A stretch of DNA of 64,000 nt, from assembly GCA_030704615.1 (NCBI GenBank), contig CM060733.1, positions 39,742,001 to 39,806,000 on the forward strand, read 5' to 3'. Under the pieces are notes generated by a model. That model searched no databases, was not told the DNA's origin, and was given only the letters and a program-made list of their open reading frames with translations. Both the position numbers and the translations under genes were made by a program. Shown piece after piece: positions 24,675-41,456 of this stretch (within the stretch, counting starts at the first letter, position 1; the number at the start of each line of letters is the position of its first letter). This DNA is from Takakia lepidozioides. Its lineage: Eukaryota; Plantae; Bryophyta.

Positions 24675-27600
24675 ATGGAGGATGCTTGTGCGGAGGGTGG
24701 ACCCGATTGGGTCGAGTTTGTGCACCAGACACGGTTAAAGAAGCTGCGAAGATATTGGTATTCACCAAAGGAGTACGAACGCAAAATAGTGGAAGCATGT
24801 GTAGACCTCCGCGTTCCAAAGTCGGAAAACCCACAATGGACGAAGGATAGGCTGAGCTGTCCTTTTTGTGAAGAAGTCATAAAGGACAAAATCCAGCTAA
24901 ACCGCCACTGTGTTGATACGGGTTGCAAGGCCACAATTCCACCTAATTTCAAGCCTTGGCCCATACCAGCATCACAGAAGATGGCGCATGAGGCTGTTTT
25001 TAGATCCCGCGGCAAAACCCCAGTCGCCCAAAGTTTGGAGGAATTGCGGCAACGGTACTTTAAGGCTGCTGGAAGGGTGAAAGATCTGGTTGTGGAAGAA
25101 ATGCCTGTGGCTCCCAAGAAACGGAAACTGAGTGATGGGGCCCCAAAGAAGGATTCACCAAAAGTTGCAAGGTCTGTTTGTGATGCAAGAGGAACGCAGG
25201 TGGGTCGCGCTGAGACGCGGCAGACCCAAAATACCCGGCAGACCATGACCATCCGTACTTCAAGTGAGTTTGCCGAAAATGAGTCAAGTCAGTCTGCTGA
25301 GTCCACCGGAATTATCATTCGCAATACCGACTTTGAAGGACAAGATCCATTGTCAAGTGCAGTAGACATTAATTTGTCTGAGAGGACTCACATGCAGATA
25401 GACACAAGCGAGGACAACACCTCCCTTTGCCAAACCGCTCAGAAGACCCAACAGGATGGAGTCCACTCGAAACAGACCGAGTATAATGGCGCTGAGAAGA
25501 CCCCTGAGAAGACGGACGGCCCTGTATGTCCTGGCACATTGCACTTAATTCCATTTGGGGGTTTCCCAGCGGTGTGCCCACCACAAGACGATCCACAGTT
25601 CTTCCCATTTTTCTTAAGATTTGTGCAGGCCGGACAGATGGCCGTAACCATCCGCACCGCGGAACAGAATTGGTTGAAGTGCATTGAAGATGAGGATGAG
25701 GACGACGCAGACCAGGAGGTAATGCTCTTGTACTTTAATATGAAACATTTGGGAGAATTAGTCTGCTGGGTTAGTACTCGCCATTCGTCCCCTAGTCAGG
25801 TTTGCTTCATTCCGCTGTTTTGGTGAGTCAGTCTGCCTGTTTGGTTCGTCAGTCCGTTCGTCTTTCACGTTTTTCTAGTTCTGTACTCCTTAGGAGACTG
25901 CGCAGTCATTTAGTATGCCCGTTAGTCTTCTTGATTTTGCTGCCTGGGATTGTTAGTCTGCTCGGAGGCTCCGCTGGTCAGTCCGCGGGCCTCTTCGCTG
26001 GCCAATCCGCTCGTTCAGTCTGCCAGTGCGCTAGTATGCTCCCGCGGCTACTCCGGCCCGCTCCTTCAGTCCGCTGGTTCAGTCTTCTGGTTGAGTCCGC
26101 TTGTTAAGCTCGTTGGTTTAGTCTGCTGGTTCAGTCCGCTGGTCCTCTCTGCTAGTTCAGTTTGCAGGTTCAGTATGCTGGTGGTATAGGATTGGACTTG
26201 CCTGACGTTCATATGTATTTTGTTGTACAGCAGGCTGGTGCTGTTCGACAGTGTATTCGGAGAGCCATTGCTGCTTGGAGAATGCGGAGCACGAACCCTC
26301 CTTGGCAAGTGAATGAGATGCGGATGGAAGTGGACCGGGTTCGGGAATACATTTTGTTAAAATATCCCGGGTCTTCTGCTGCCATAGAGGCAATGGATAC
26401 TGAGTCTGTCCCATTTGTAGGCAGTCCTCAGAAGACCACACCTAGCCCGAAAGGAGTGGAGACTGTGCCAAGCCAAACTGTCCATGAGACTGCCCAGGAG
26501 ATTGCACATGACTCTACCATCCAACCGATTGCCCTCCTCCCCTCCAGCATGGGCATTTTTGGAGTTTGGAGATCGCCATTATCGGTTCATAATCCCAAAG
26601 GTGGAGATCGTACACTTCCCCGATTTAGGGTCGGTGAAACAAGTCCCCATATAGATTGGTATAATGACCTCCACCACATTGTCACAGACCGGCGGTGGCC
26701 CTTTGTTCCTTTTCACTATTCCATGGAGTATACTATCGAAGAAGCCAACCAAGTTTTGGAAAGGGCAAGGATGCTTGCAGTTGTTGTGCTGAGCGAACGA
26801 ACCGAACCGCCACTGCTTGTTCAGCTTATTCTTATGGATGACCCACGCCCGGAGGAGGTGCGACATATTGCTATGGCACACCCAACCTTTGGGGTCCGCA
26901 TAAAGCACTTGTTAGGAATGACTGCGGAGCACTTTGAGCGCATGACATCATCCTTCCTTCGGCATCGATGGATGCAATTTGGTAATTTCAGCTCATACAC
27001 AAAATTGGTGAAGGACTTGCACAGTCTTCGCATGGATTTACTACATGGAACTGCGGAGGCACGAAAGAGTGTTCTGGATGATGCGTTATTATGGTTCTCA
27101 TTAGTAATGGAGCGAGCTGTACTTGACATTGTCTTGCACAAACCTGATGTCTTCAGAGTCCTCTGGTCTGGAACGCCGTCTGAAGACCGCATATCTGCTC
27201 TTGGCCATCTTGATTCCGCACTGCTCGCTCGCCAAATTAAAGATATTGGACTCATTGGAAATCTCCTTGAAGGTAATGTCTTCCTGTACTTCTTCATTTA
27301 CAAGTCCACCATTTTTCCACGAGAAACCTCTTCTGATAATCCATGTCGTAAATTTCAGGGCAGGCTGATTTTTTAGAAGAACACGTTCAGAAGGCATTTG
27401 ACTCCCTTGCCAAAGCTACGCGAGACGTTGTCATCGCAGTACAGGGCCTTCAAAATGCCAACGACGGCAGTGTCCAGAAGACTGCCAAGATTCTACAGGA
27501 GAATGTCCAGCAGACTGGCGAGGAGTCTACTCAGCAACATATGGTCTCGCAAAGTTCCCAGAAGACTGAAAATAACATAACGTTGCAGTTGAATGAGCAG

Positions 27601-29190
27601 ACTGAACAGACTGAACAGCACAAGTCTCCAAAGACCGATGCGATCCACAATGGCCCACAGAATGTGAAGGAGAGTTCCTCGCTTGGTGTGGAAGAGACTT
27701 GGCGGGAAATTGTTCAGCAGACTGTTGGGTAGAGTGTCTATCACACCGCGGAGCGGACTTACGAGGAGACTGACAGGACTGCCCAGCAGACTGAACAGAC
27801 TGGCCAGCAATCTGGTGAACTCACCGTACTGGCCTCCAAGACCTACCCACAGCAGCTGTCCACCAGTCTATCATGAAGCGACAGTGGCATCTTCAACGTC
27901 CTGACCTACAGTGGACTGCTCCGTCGGACCATTTGTCCCAATTTAAACTCAAATTTTTTGCCCAACCAAATTTTTTAATGTCTACCACCCATATGTCCAT
28001 GTTGACAGAGTCTACTTTTCCCCACGGGAGCAGGTCATCCTCACACATTGGCACAAACGATGTAACCAGGACATCGGTAAACCCCCCTTATCCATTATCC
28101 CGTGGCCTACGTCCTATTTCCATTGAGCTTAGTCCCGTTCTCGTTCGTTCTCGTTCGTTCACTGACGAAAGCCATCGATGAATTTGACGTGAATGAACCA
28201 AACTCGGGACCAGTAAACCGCATCATAGACCTTACTACAGAATCCGATGAGGAAATTCCCATAGATGTTTCTGATTTCCACTCTATTATCTCTGTGAAGC
28301 CCTTGTCTGTTATGTCAGAAGACCCTCACAACACACTTGACGGCGAAGTTGATAGACTACTTCTCCGCCTACAAGACCATAATTCTGGTATTGCAGAGCA
28401 GGTCCTCCCTGAAGACCAACATACTGAGGATGATACTGACCAGCAGATTGATGGCCAGATTGCCCATGTGAGTGCCCAGGAGACTGCCATGCACACAGTC
28501 GAAGAGTCTGCCTAGGGGACTGGCCATGTGAGTGCCCAAAAAACTTCCGAGGAGACTGCCCATGAGATGCCCATGAGACTGACCTGGAGGCTGTCCACCA
28601 GACTGCCCATGCCAGTGCCCAGGAGACTGCCCATGAGACTGCCCAGGAGACTGATCTGGAGGCTGTCCACCAGACTGCCTATGCCAATGCCCAGGAGACT
28701 GCCAATGAGACTGCCCATGTGAGTGTCGAGGAGACTGCCATGGAGACTGACCTGGAACTTGTCTGGCAGACTGCCCAGGAGACTGGCCATGTAAGTGCCC
28801 AGGAGACTGCACAGAAAACTGCCCATGACGCCACAATAGACGATCCACCCACGGCCCCACCCACTCAGGTAGTTCCTACACTATTTCAGCATTCTTCTTG
28901 CAGATATTGCACCTTCATTAATTTATTGAAAGTGACATTTTTGGCTGGTGTCCTTGCAGGATGTTGGTCCCATGAGGGATGTGGACGTTGTCACACTTCC
29001 TCAATTGGACGCAATGGACTCACCTGTCCATGCTGCAAACGTTGGGTCGACGACGAAGATAGGTGATATAGTCTTTATACCGCCGGATGCCCAGGTGAGT
29101 TCTACGCATGCCACGCGTGGGCAAAGACTGGTCCGGCAAGTGTCAACAAACCTGAAGACATTGTGCTGCAGCATTGTGTCAGTCTGCTGA
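24675..29190 (+). pseudogene. Large unknown protein 'A' with N-terminal C2HC/C2H2-like finger (CPFC..LNRHC..GC) and Q/E/T-rich repeats; 3' part disrupted
   Basis: Long ORFs 24675-25718 and about 26231-27272 joined by a GT-AG intron; frameshifts and stops downstream. Homologous to gene B at 61.8-64 kb. Confidence 0.6.
28440..28830 (+). repeat. Coding minisatellite (GAGACTGCCCAG/CAT, ETAQ/ETAH-like 12-bp units)
   Basis: Many copies of gagactgccc(a)(g/t)g, with frameshifts inside the array. Confidence 0.85.
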
Positions 29191-29450
29191 ATCCGTCTCG
29201 GCTATAGCATTGGAAAGCACATCTTTAGCACAATGAAGAGGCAAAGCAAAGAAGTGTACAGTGGTAGAGCAGGTAAAGGAGACTAGAGAGGGTCATGTAC
29301 CAAAAAACCAGCGAGGAAAGACAAGGGTTTGTAGGGTTTAGGGTGTGAGTAGTCTCTTGAGTCAAATTATCAGTATTCTCAGTATTCTATTTAGTCTGCT
29401 CTGTTTGTTGAGCTGACTTCTTCTATCAATAAGAGAAATTGGCGCCAACA

Positions 29451-29583
29451 TTCAAACAGTACGATGGAGATTTGACATTCACTATTGGCATACAGACTCA
29501 GTGGCAGAAGCGAGAGAATGTTGGAATTAGAACATGCCCGGATCGTTGCATGCAATGCAACCTTTGGGGCAAATCCTTACAAG
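29451..29583 (+). mobile_element. MULE/SWIM-type transposase fragment (different family from the 1-6 kb element)
   Basis: FTIGIQTQWQ..MLELEHARIVACNATFGANPYK matches the F.IGIQT.WQ..M...GH......D.TFGTN..K first-Asp region of plant SWIM-MULEs; frameshifted. Confidence 0.7.
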
Positions 29584-30399
29584 ATACTATTCATTTGATA
29601 CCATGGACTTGTGGGAGCATGATAACATAGTACCATGCAACATTGCACGTTGCTTGTGTGTGCATGCGCTGACCCTCTGTATATGTTTCATGTGCATTCT
29701 GTGAAAGACCTCCCGGCAGACCGACTGTGTACCGCAGCAGACTTGTAAGGACACCTTCACACACCTCCTCCGTCTAACCATTTTTCTGATGCACAACTTG
29801 GCGGACTCTGCACACTGTGACCATCTAACATTCTGCATTTGAACAATTCCCATTGTACATCACATGAGAGTTCTTTCCAACCCTGGCCAGATAGTGAGCC
29901 ATGGTGTAGGTAGCTCCGGGGTTGGTTGAAAGGGCAGGCACTATCACACCCGTTAGGGTTAAAAGGTAGGCACTATCTCATCCTTGCTAATAACCCCAGT
30001 GTCCATTGATCGATATAGTCTATAGTATGGTTGGGTTTTACAGATTATTGTCAGTACAGTCCATTTGACGATACTTCATTCAACAAAAAAGTTGTGACTA
30101 CATCCATCTTATTTCCCAATCGATCAGTCTCTCACTGTGCATGTGGGGTGGGTTTCAATTTGGCAGGAGAATCACACACACAACACGGAGATGAAATGTG
30201 GCACTTGAAATCAGAGGAACTTTGCATAGTACTGATGTCGAGACGTACATGTTGTTAGTCAACTCAGTAGAACATTTACAATCGATTGATGAGCAACTCA
30301 ATCTCAAGGCTATCTTTTTCTCAATCTTGCTTCATGAATAGGTTCTCTTCAAGCACTTGGTATGGAAGGAAAATTATAGAGATCAGTCAGGCTAAGTGC

Positions 30400-30858
30400 T
30401 AGGCTGCGGACAAGTCATATGGGTTCATGGGGAGCTCACTCCACCAGAATCCGGAGGCCATCACCTTCCAAAAACATGTCTCCCGAGATAAATAAAGGCC
30501 ATCACCATTGGTAGCGCCTGCAGCATTGAGATCCAAACAACCAAATGTAGACGTCCGCTTTGGGGCTCATTTGTTGATCATGTCATGCTGGGGAAATATC
30601 AAGTGGTAAGTGTCTCTGGGATGGAGCCATTGCATACCGTTCCTAAACCCTTGGGGGTCAACCAGAACATCAGACATGCAGTGGATTGGACTGAGAAAGT
30701 GAAGCCTTCGCACGCAGGGGTTGGCCAGGAACATTCCTAGTGAAGTTGGGCATATTGCTGGTGATGGTCATTGTGCCCTCACCAGGTACATGGGCAGCCA
30801 TGCAGGTTGCGAGCAACAGAGCCACCATCAGCCTCACACTCAGGCCGGTTCCCTTCAT
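30400..30858 (-). pseudogene. Secreted S-protein homologue (SPH / self-incompatibility S1-like) relic
   Basis: Signal peptide MKGTGLSVRLMVALLLATCMAA, then TITSN..LHV*CSG..WLHPRDTYHLIF..TCFWKVMASGFWW with in-frame stops. Confidence 0.4.
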
Positions 30859-32315
30859 CTAATCAGGATCCAATCTCACGCGGAATAGAGACGCATAGTG
30901 AAGCGCCAGGAGAAATGTGTGGGAGAGACGGATTGACAATCTATATAGTTGACCAATTTTCACTTTACAATTTTCACTTTCGTTCCTTCCCTCACATAAT
31001 TTCCTTTCTCTTGCTCAGAGGCCCGAGTTTTGTATTCTATCTTCTATGATCATCTCATGTGGAACATTTTTTCCTTTCTCTCCTGTGCGGGTACACGTGT
31101 GTACAGGTCCTTCCTTTAGACTCTCGGGCTGCGGACCAACGATTTGTGTCTCTCTTTACCTTGCATATTGCCTGTCAACGTTATATGCCCTCAGGGTGAT
31201 CCTCCAAAAGAAGGGTTAGAAAAAGGCCCCTGCGAAACACACAGACGGCAAACCTCCCGAGCTTGAGTTACATGGCTTTACCGGCGCCCGAAGCATTGCC
31301 CGCGGAAACCACCCACAAATCCAACAGCTGCAGACCTCGGGTCCATCTATTGTTTGAATCCAAGGAAACTCTAGGAACAGAAGCATTGCCAGGACTATAT
31401 CCTCATGACTCAGCACTAGATAAAATTAAATAGTATAGAGCACTTTCCACTCGAGGACTCTTGGAGACACTGGGGCTTCCGGAAGTGACATGAGAAAACC
31501 TTAAGCTCAGCTATGCATAATCTAGGAACCTGATCAAGTGCCCCACACTTACAATTCATACTTGTTTGTGGGGGAATACTGCGTCCACCAGAATCCAGAG
31601 GGCGCGACTTTCTAAGATTAGGCGTCACAAGAAAGTTCATGAAAATCGTCAACAAACCCCCCCCAGACGATGAAACGAGCTGCCTTCTGGTCCAGATAGC
31701 TAGGTGAAGGTACAGGTCCACGATGGTGTGGTTCTCATACTTCCGCAAAGTTCTACTGGTAAATGTCCCTTCGTTGAGCCGCTGCAGCCCATTGGACTTA
31801 CATCGTCCAGGTAATCCAACTCCTCCACCTCCACAGCACTAGATTCAACACCGACCAACATCTGAGCCCATGAATACAGTAGAGATGCGAAAGGGACTGC
31901 AGATCAAAAGGAGACTACCAAGCCAAGATCTGGCCAATATTTACAAAGCCTTGTTTTCCAGGCAACCTAGCGATACGCGGCACGTTACTGATCATTTCCA
32001 AGCCCCAGTAATCCTCGAACTTGACAGCAACTGCATCGTCTCGTCGTTCAAGGAACCCAGCAAACAAATTGCCAGTTCTCTTCGTGATCTACTTGTCCAA
32101 GCAAACTGAAGGAGGCCGCCATCATAGAGAATTATTATAAGAGGTCGAGGGGGGATCTTAGGTCCGGCCACCAATCTCAGTTCACGGTACCTCGAATCGT
32201 CTCCCTTCAAAGTAACTCGGAGCCTTGAAGCAAGAGAAGAGAAGCGACCCACACTCAGGAGCCCTTACCTGCATGATTCCGCACCATCAAAGCAACACAG
32301 GCATGCGCAAAGAAC

Positions 32316-32900
32316 GCTTCTACAGAGGCCTGGGAGCATTCAATTCAAAGTTCACGAATCCCATTGTCACCTTCACGACTGATCCAACCCATCAAAGTCA
32401 TACCTCTCCAGTCTTCTTCTCCTCTGAAATCGAGTCGCGGTAAAACTCGAAACCCCCACTTTGCTCCACCACCCATACATCTCTCCTCCTCTTGAAGCAT
32501 CTTTACGGGGGCTTCTACAGAGGCCTGGGAGCAGTCAATTCAAAGTTCACGAATCCCATTGTCACCTTCACGACTGATCCAACCCATCAAAGTCATACCT
32601 CTCCAGTCTTCTTCTCCTCTGAAATCGAGTCGCGGTAAAACTCGAAACCCCCACTTTGCTCCACCACCCATACATCTCTCCTCCTCTTGAAGCATCTTTA
32701 CGGGGGCTTCTACAGAGGCCTGGGAGCAGTCAATTCAAAGTTCACGAATCCCATTGTCACCTTCACGACTGATCCAACCCATCAAAGTCATACCTCTCCA
32801 GTCTTCTTCTCCTCTGAAATCGCGTCGCGGTAAAACTCGAAACCCCCACTTTGCTCCACCACCCATACATCTCTCCTCCTCTTGAAGCATCTTTACGGGG
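32316..32900. repeat. Near-perfect tandem triplication, 3 x 195 bp, in the AGC kinase 3' UTR
   Basis: Copies start at 32316, 32511 and 32706; only isolated substitutions (gagcaTtc/gagcaGtc; cgAgtcg/cgCgtcg). Confidence 0.95.
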
Positions 32901-32901
32901 C

Positions 32902-36860
<3,959 letters not shown>

Positions 36861-39800
36861 CTTTGTACCACTTTGATATGACTTCCTCTGTGCAGCGGAC
36901 CAAGTGTAAAGGATGACTGAAGAACAGTTGACAAATACAGCCAGCCTTCTTCCTAGGTCATCATTCTCGTTGAAGCAGGATCCTGTTCCCCTTCAGTCAG
37001 ACATGTATGAGATCTGAGAATTAACTTGGATACGTCTTCAATTACTCACAAATACAAACGAAGTCTCAAGCTCCAAATTTCACTTCTATCACCTCCAGAC
37101 GTCACTGCGTGCTTCATGCGCCAACCACCCCAGCAACCATGCTGGTCTATCCAGGAAAACCTCTAATATGGGACCCCTCAATCTCTCTTCCATGATTGTA
37201 AAAAACCTGGTGTAGGACACATAATTGGTGGAAGCATTGAACAACGAATTCTAGGGGACCTATTTTGCTAGCCGAAAAAACTTGAGGCCCAAGCATAAAC
37301 AGAGAACACGGGCCACACTCTCAGTCCTGCCTTGGATTGACCTACTGATGCTTCTTTCATCCACAATGTGGCACGTAAAATCGGAGGACCGGGGAACCTT
37401 GATGCGCATGGATGACGGGCCATGTAAATAAGAGAGCGAAGGGCCCTGCTGTAAGGGTGACCTTCTGTAGTAGAAGAAAAGTTTACGTCTAACTGTGGAC
37501 AGTCTCTGATCGGGAGAGTTGATATGTGGCACGATCAGACTTCACACATTGAAGGATTGAGGGGAGAATATTGCAGTTACTGTTTAATACCGAAATTGAG
37601 GGAGTACTCTCTAGACGAAAGAGGAGATCTGACTTCGAAAACGAAACTGCACAAGAAACTGCAGTGACTGAAGGAGTAAAACTGGGTGATCGATTCATGA
37701 ATGTGCGTGGTGTACTAGTTTCAATAAGGCCTCCGGCTAGTACCGTGCGAGTGTCTCAAGACTGTGGAGAGAGAGAGAGACGACGAGAAGCAACGAAGAG
37801 ACTGCAAAGCAGAATGGCTGAACTACTTGGACTTTGATCAAGAACCCCTCTGCCCTCTGCTTGCGTTCTAGCCACACCTGCTTGCGAGGGAATGTGGGAA
37901 GCAGGGCAGGTCCAGAGGTAGATAGACCGGCAGAGAGCGCCACGCAAACCGAGAAGGACACCCACGCCATGGCTGTTTTTAGCGTGAGCTTTTTCAAACA
38001 CTCTCATTTGCTGCCCCGCACTGCTCCCACGCTCCACCTTCCCTGCTGCTCGGGCCCCCATGCATACCACCTCGTATGTACGTATGTACCCTCCTCCGTA
38101 TAGTACTGTACGTTTAGCCAAGAGGATGAAAGATGGGAGCACCTCCTCATCCGCACACAGTGAGTGGGCAAAACCCTGTCAAGTGGCGAAACTCTTGTCT
38201 GCAACGTGGCCGCTATCGGGCGACCGGCGGCAGCCGGTCGGTGAGCTGCCAGGTACTGTGTAAGACTGGACAAGCTTTCACAAATTTTATTTATTTTTTG
38301 AAACCTTGGTATGTAATGGCGAAAATATTTATTTTTTCTCTTTTTTCTCTTTTTCTTTTTCTTTTTTCTAAGGAAACCCCTATATTTAAAAAAAAAACCC
38401 GACACAATTGAGGGGGAAAAAAAAAAAAAAAAACCCTTTCATATAAGCCAGTGGGCACCAGAGAGGAAACGGGACCCCAGACTGACCGGTTGCACACTTT
38501 TGTATTGTCAAAAACATTATTTTTTATTTTTTATTTTAGCAAAAGGGAACGGAACCCGTAGAACTGAATTAAGCAAGGTGGAAAAAGTAGCCAACAAAAC
38601 AATGGCATAAGTAGACCGTGATGAAGGTAAAAAGAAAACCTAGCAACCAAGAGCAAATGGCCGAGATGGACATCCGAGAGCAGAAAGTAAAAGGTTAAAC
38701 TTGAATATTCTTTTTTATATATAAGATAAATATTAAGTTGACCAATGCTACCCTCCATGGGTTAACTAAAAATAATAAAGGATTCTAAACATTGTCTAAC
38801 ATCGAATTTTTTCTAACAGTTGAGTTGCGAAATTCTGCTAGCTAACATTAAGTGAAAACAGCACACCAATTAATTTAACGCAATATGTTAACTAACACTG
38901 GATTTAATACTCTATGTGAATAGGCTATATTAGTCACATCCCAAACATGTACTTACCTCAAAGAGAGCCACCAGCCATGAAACCAAGTTGAATGAAGTTA
39001 TTCCCTTCCAGCCCATAAAATATAGCCTGTGTACCTTGCACTAAAAGGATTTCTCAAATCAAATATACCAACTAATTTATGTATGTATGGCCACAGACAT
39101 GATTTCAACTTCACATTTGGTACTCATTTATGTAAGACACTATTGGCAGTGCTATACGTTGCTTTTAGTTGTTGGTGGTGCAATCTTTCTCCCCCACAGT
39201 TGAGGATGAGGGAGGCACCGTTGTAGCAAACCAAAGACACTTTATTGGCAACACAAAACTGAGCATCTTCCCACTTACTCAGCTCTTCACACTTATGTCA
39301 CCACACTGATATGATAGAAACTTGTCTTGATCAAAGACGACTCTCTTTTATAATGACAAGTTTGAAGTCTAAAGTGAAAAGATTGTACCGTTTAGCAAGT
39401 ATGTATATGATTAATTGACACAACAATCGAGGATATTATACAAGTTGTGATCAAGTTTATGGTAGTTTGAGCTTCTCTAAGTAGTCCTCCAAAATCACAT
39501 ATCAAAATCATTATCAAAATCCTGAGTATTCCAAGTTACACTGTGCTCGAGAGGAAAAGAAAGATCGACTTGTCCGAACCGATGACCTTCATGAGGCACC
39601 ACCACCCCGACCGCAAAATACCCCGAAGAAGTGGTAGGATGGGCATCGATGCCGAAGTCCGGTCCGTTTTTCCAATGGGTCGGAATGTCCATTACATTTT
39701 TATGTTTTTGATAAATGTTTCTGGAAACTACAAAGACATTTCACCTGTGGCAGCTTCAATCCAGTGAAATGTCCATTTCATATGTTTAGAATTTGTCAAT

Positions 39801-41456
39801 GAATGATCATGAAAAGTTGTCAATAAAGTTTAGTTTTAGATGACTCACTCTTATTCTTTCGGTTTTTTATTTTAAATCCCAAGGATGTATTTGTAGTAAA
39901 GCTGTCACGCTAATGATGATAATTTTGGAAATTGTTTCTTCTTATATCGAAAATTTATCTATGCACCTTCATGGTATTTGATTGTGCTTGGATACTAGTT
40001 TCCACCATAATCTGTCGATTGTTATCTTCTTTTGTTATCTTCTTTTGAACTGGATTTAATTACTTCTGCAATTATTACTCGTGTGCAAGTTCAAAAGTCA
40101 GAATACGGAATTTATATATGCTTTAAAAGCCTTACAAGTTAAGCGTTTGAATATAACAAGTATTGTATATTACTAAAATAAAAAGATGACATTGACTGAA
40201 ATAAGTATACTAAGTATTTCTTCCCTTAACTTTTTTTTTCCCCTTCCCTTAGTTTTTGTTTTTGGGAGAACAGGGGATACCTTAGTTATTATATTATTTT
40301 TAGTGATGACTATCTCAGTAATCTAAGGCCTTATGGCCTTCTGTCTTGGTTATTTTTTCCAAGACACCTTTTTAATATGACTTAAAGGGCCTCTGTTCCC
40401 TTTCTGTTAAAAAAATACCAAAAAAATACAAAAAAATAATAAAAAAGAAAAACTACAATTCATAGCTAATATTGGTTTCTTTACCAAAGTGACTGTTGGA
40501 TGGGACACATATAAAGTTTCACAACAAAACTGATAGCTGGATATAACATTTCAATTAAAATGAATATAATTGACCATTTTAAAGAAATAAAATTAGCAGT
40601 ATATAATTATATAAAATAAATTCTAGTTAAGTACATCTAATATATATTATGCTTCATAAAACAATAATTAAAAGATTGCTCACTTGGATATTTACTATTT
40701 TATATAAAAGAGAGTTGAAAGGAAAAAGATAGAAAAAAGTAGAAACTGATATGCTCATCATTGACTTACGAAGAGATGGTATCGCCTTCCTGCGCCCCAC
40801 AGTCACCAGTAATTCCTGGGATATGATCAGGGACGTGTTCAACTTTTCTTGGACTTTGGTCTTTCAATTATATTACACTTTGTGCATGTGAGGGTGCGGT
40901 GGGGCAGTCCTGCAAAGGGCACCCCAGAAACAGATCTCATTTTTCACCGTTATATAAAGTAGATGAAAGTGTACAATTTCTAAAAGGATTTGTGGAGGTA
41001 TGTGAATATATATATCACTCTTTGTGGACTCACCTACTCTCATGATCAGGAGTCTCCTGTTCCAACCAAAATTTGTGGAACATCAATCTATTACATAGAT
41101 TTTTCATGCATATAGATATATATAACCAGATGTTGAATGCCGCTGAAATAAGATAATTGAGTTGTGGTACAAATATTTTCATTTTTGCGGCAATGATATA
41201 ATAATATCTAAAGATTGCTCAAACTTTGCTTCAAAGAGTGTTAAAGTAATTAGTGGTAATATTGATTTCACTTGCCTATTGAGAATTGCTAGCATGATGG
41301 AGTTGAGAACTTTAGAACGTGAAACATACTCTTATCACATGACTCACATTAAAGTTGGATACAAAGCTCAATTCAATGAAATCAGTTCAGTTTTATTGAG
41401 TTATAATATGAAATTTAAAACATTTTTTCATATGCGATATTTGATCAAATAAATAC

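Noticed and set aside
28369-28860. Minus-strand GQSPG / GSL repeat ORFs
   Set aside because: Antisense shadows of the plus-strand ETAQ minisatellite.
31200-32300. Possible LINE ORF1 remnant
   Set aside because: Fragmentary, with no diagnostic motif I can defend.
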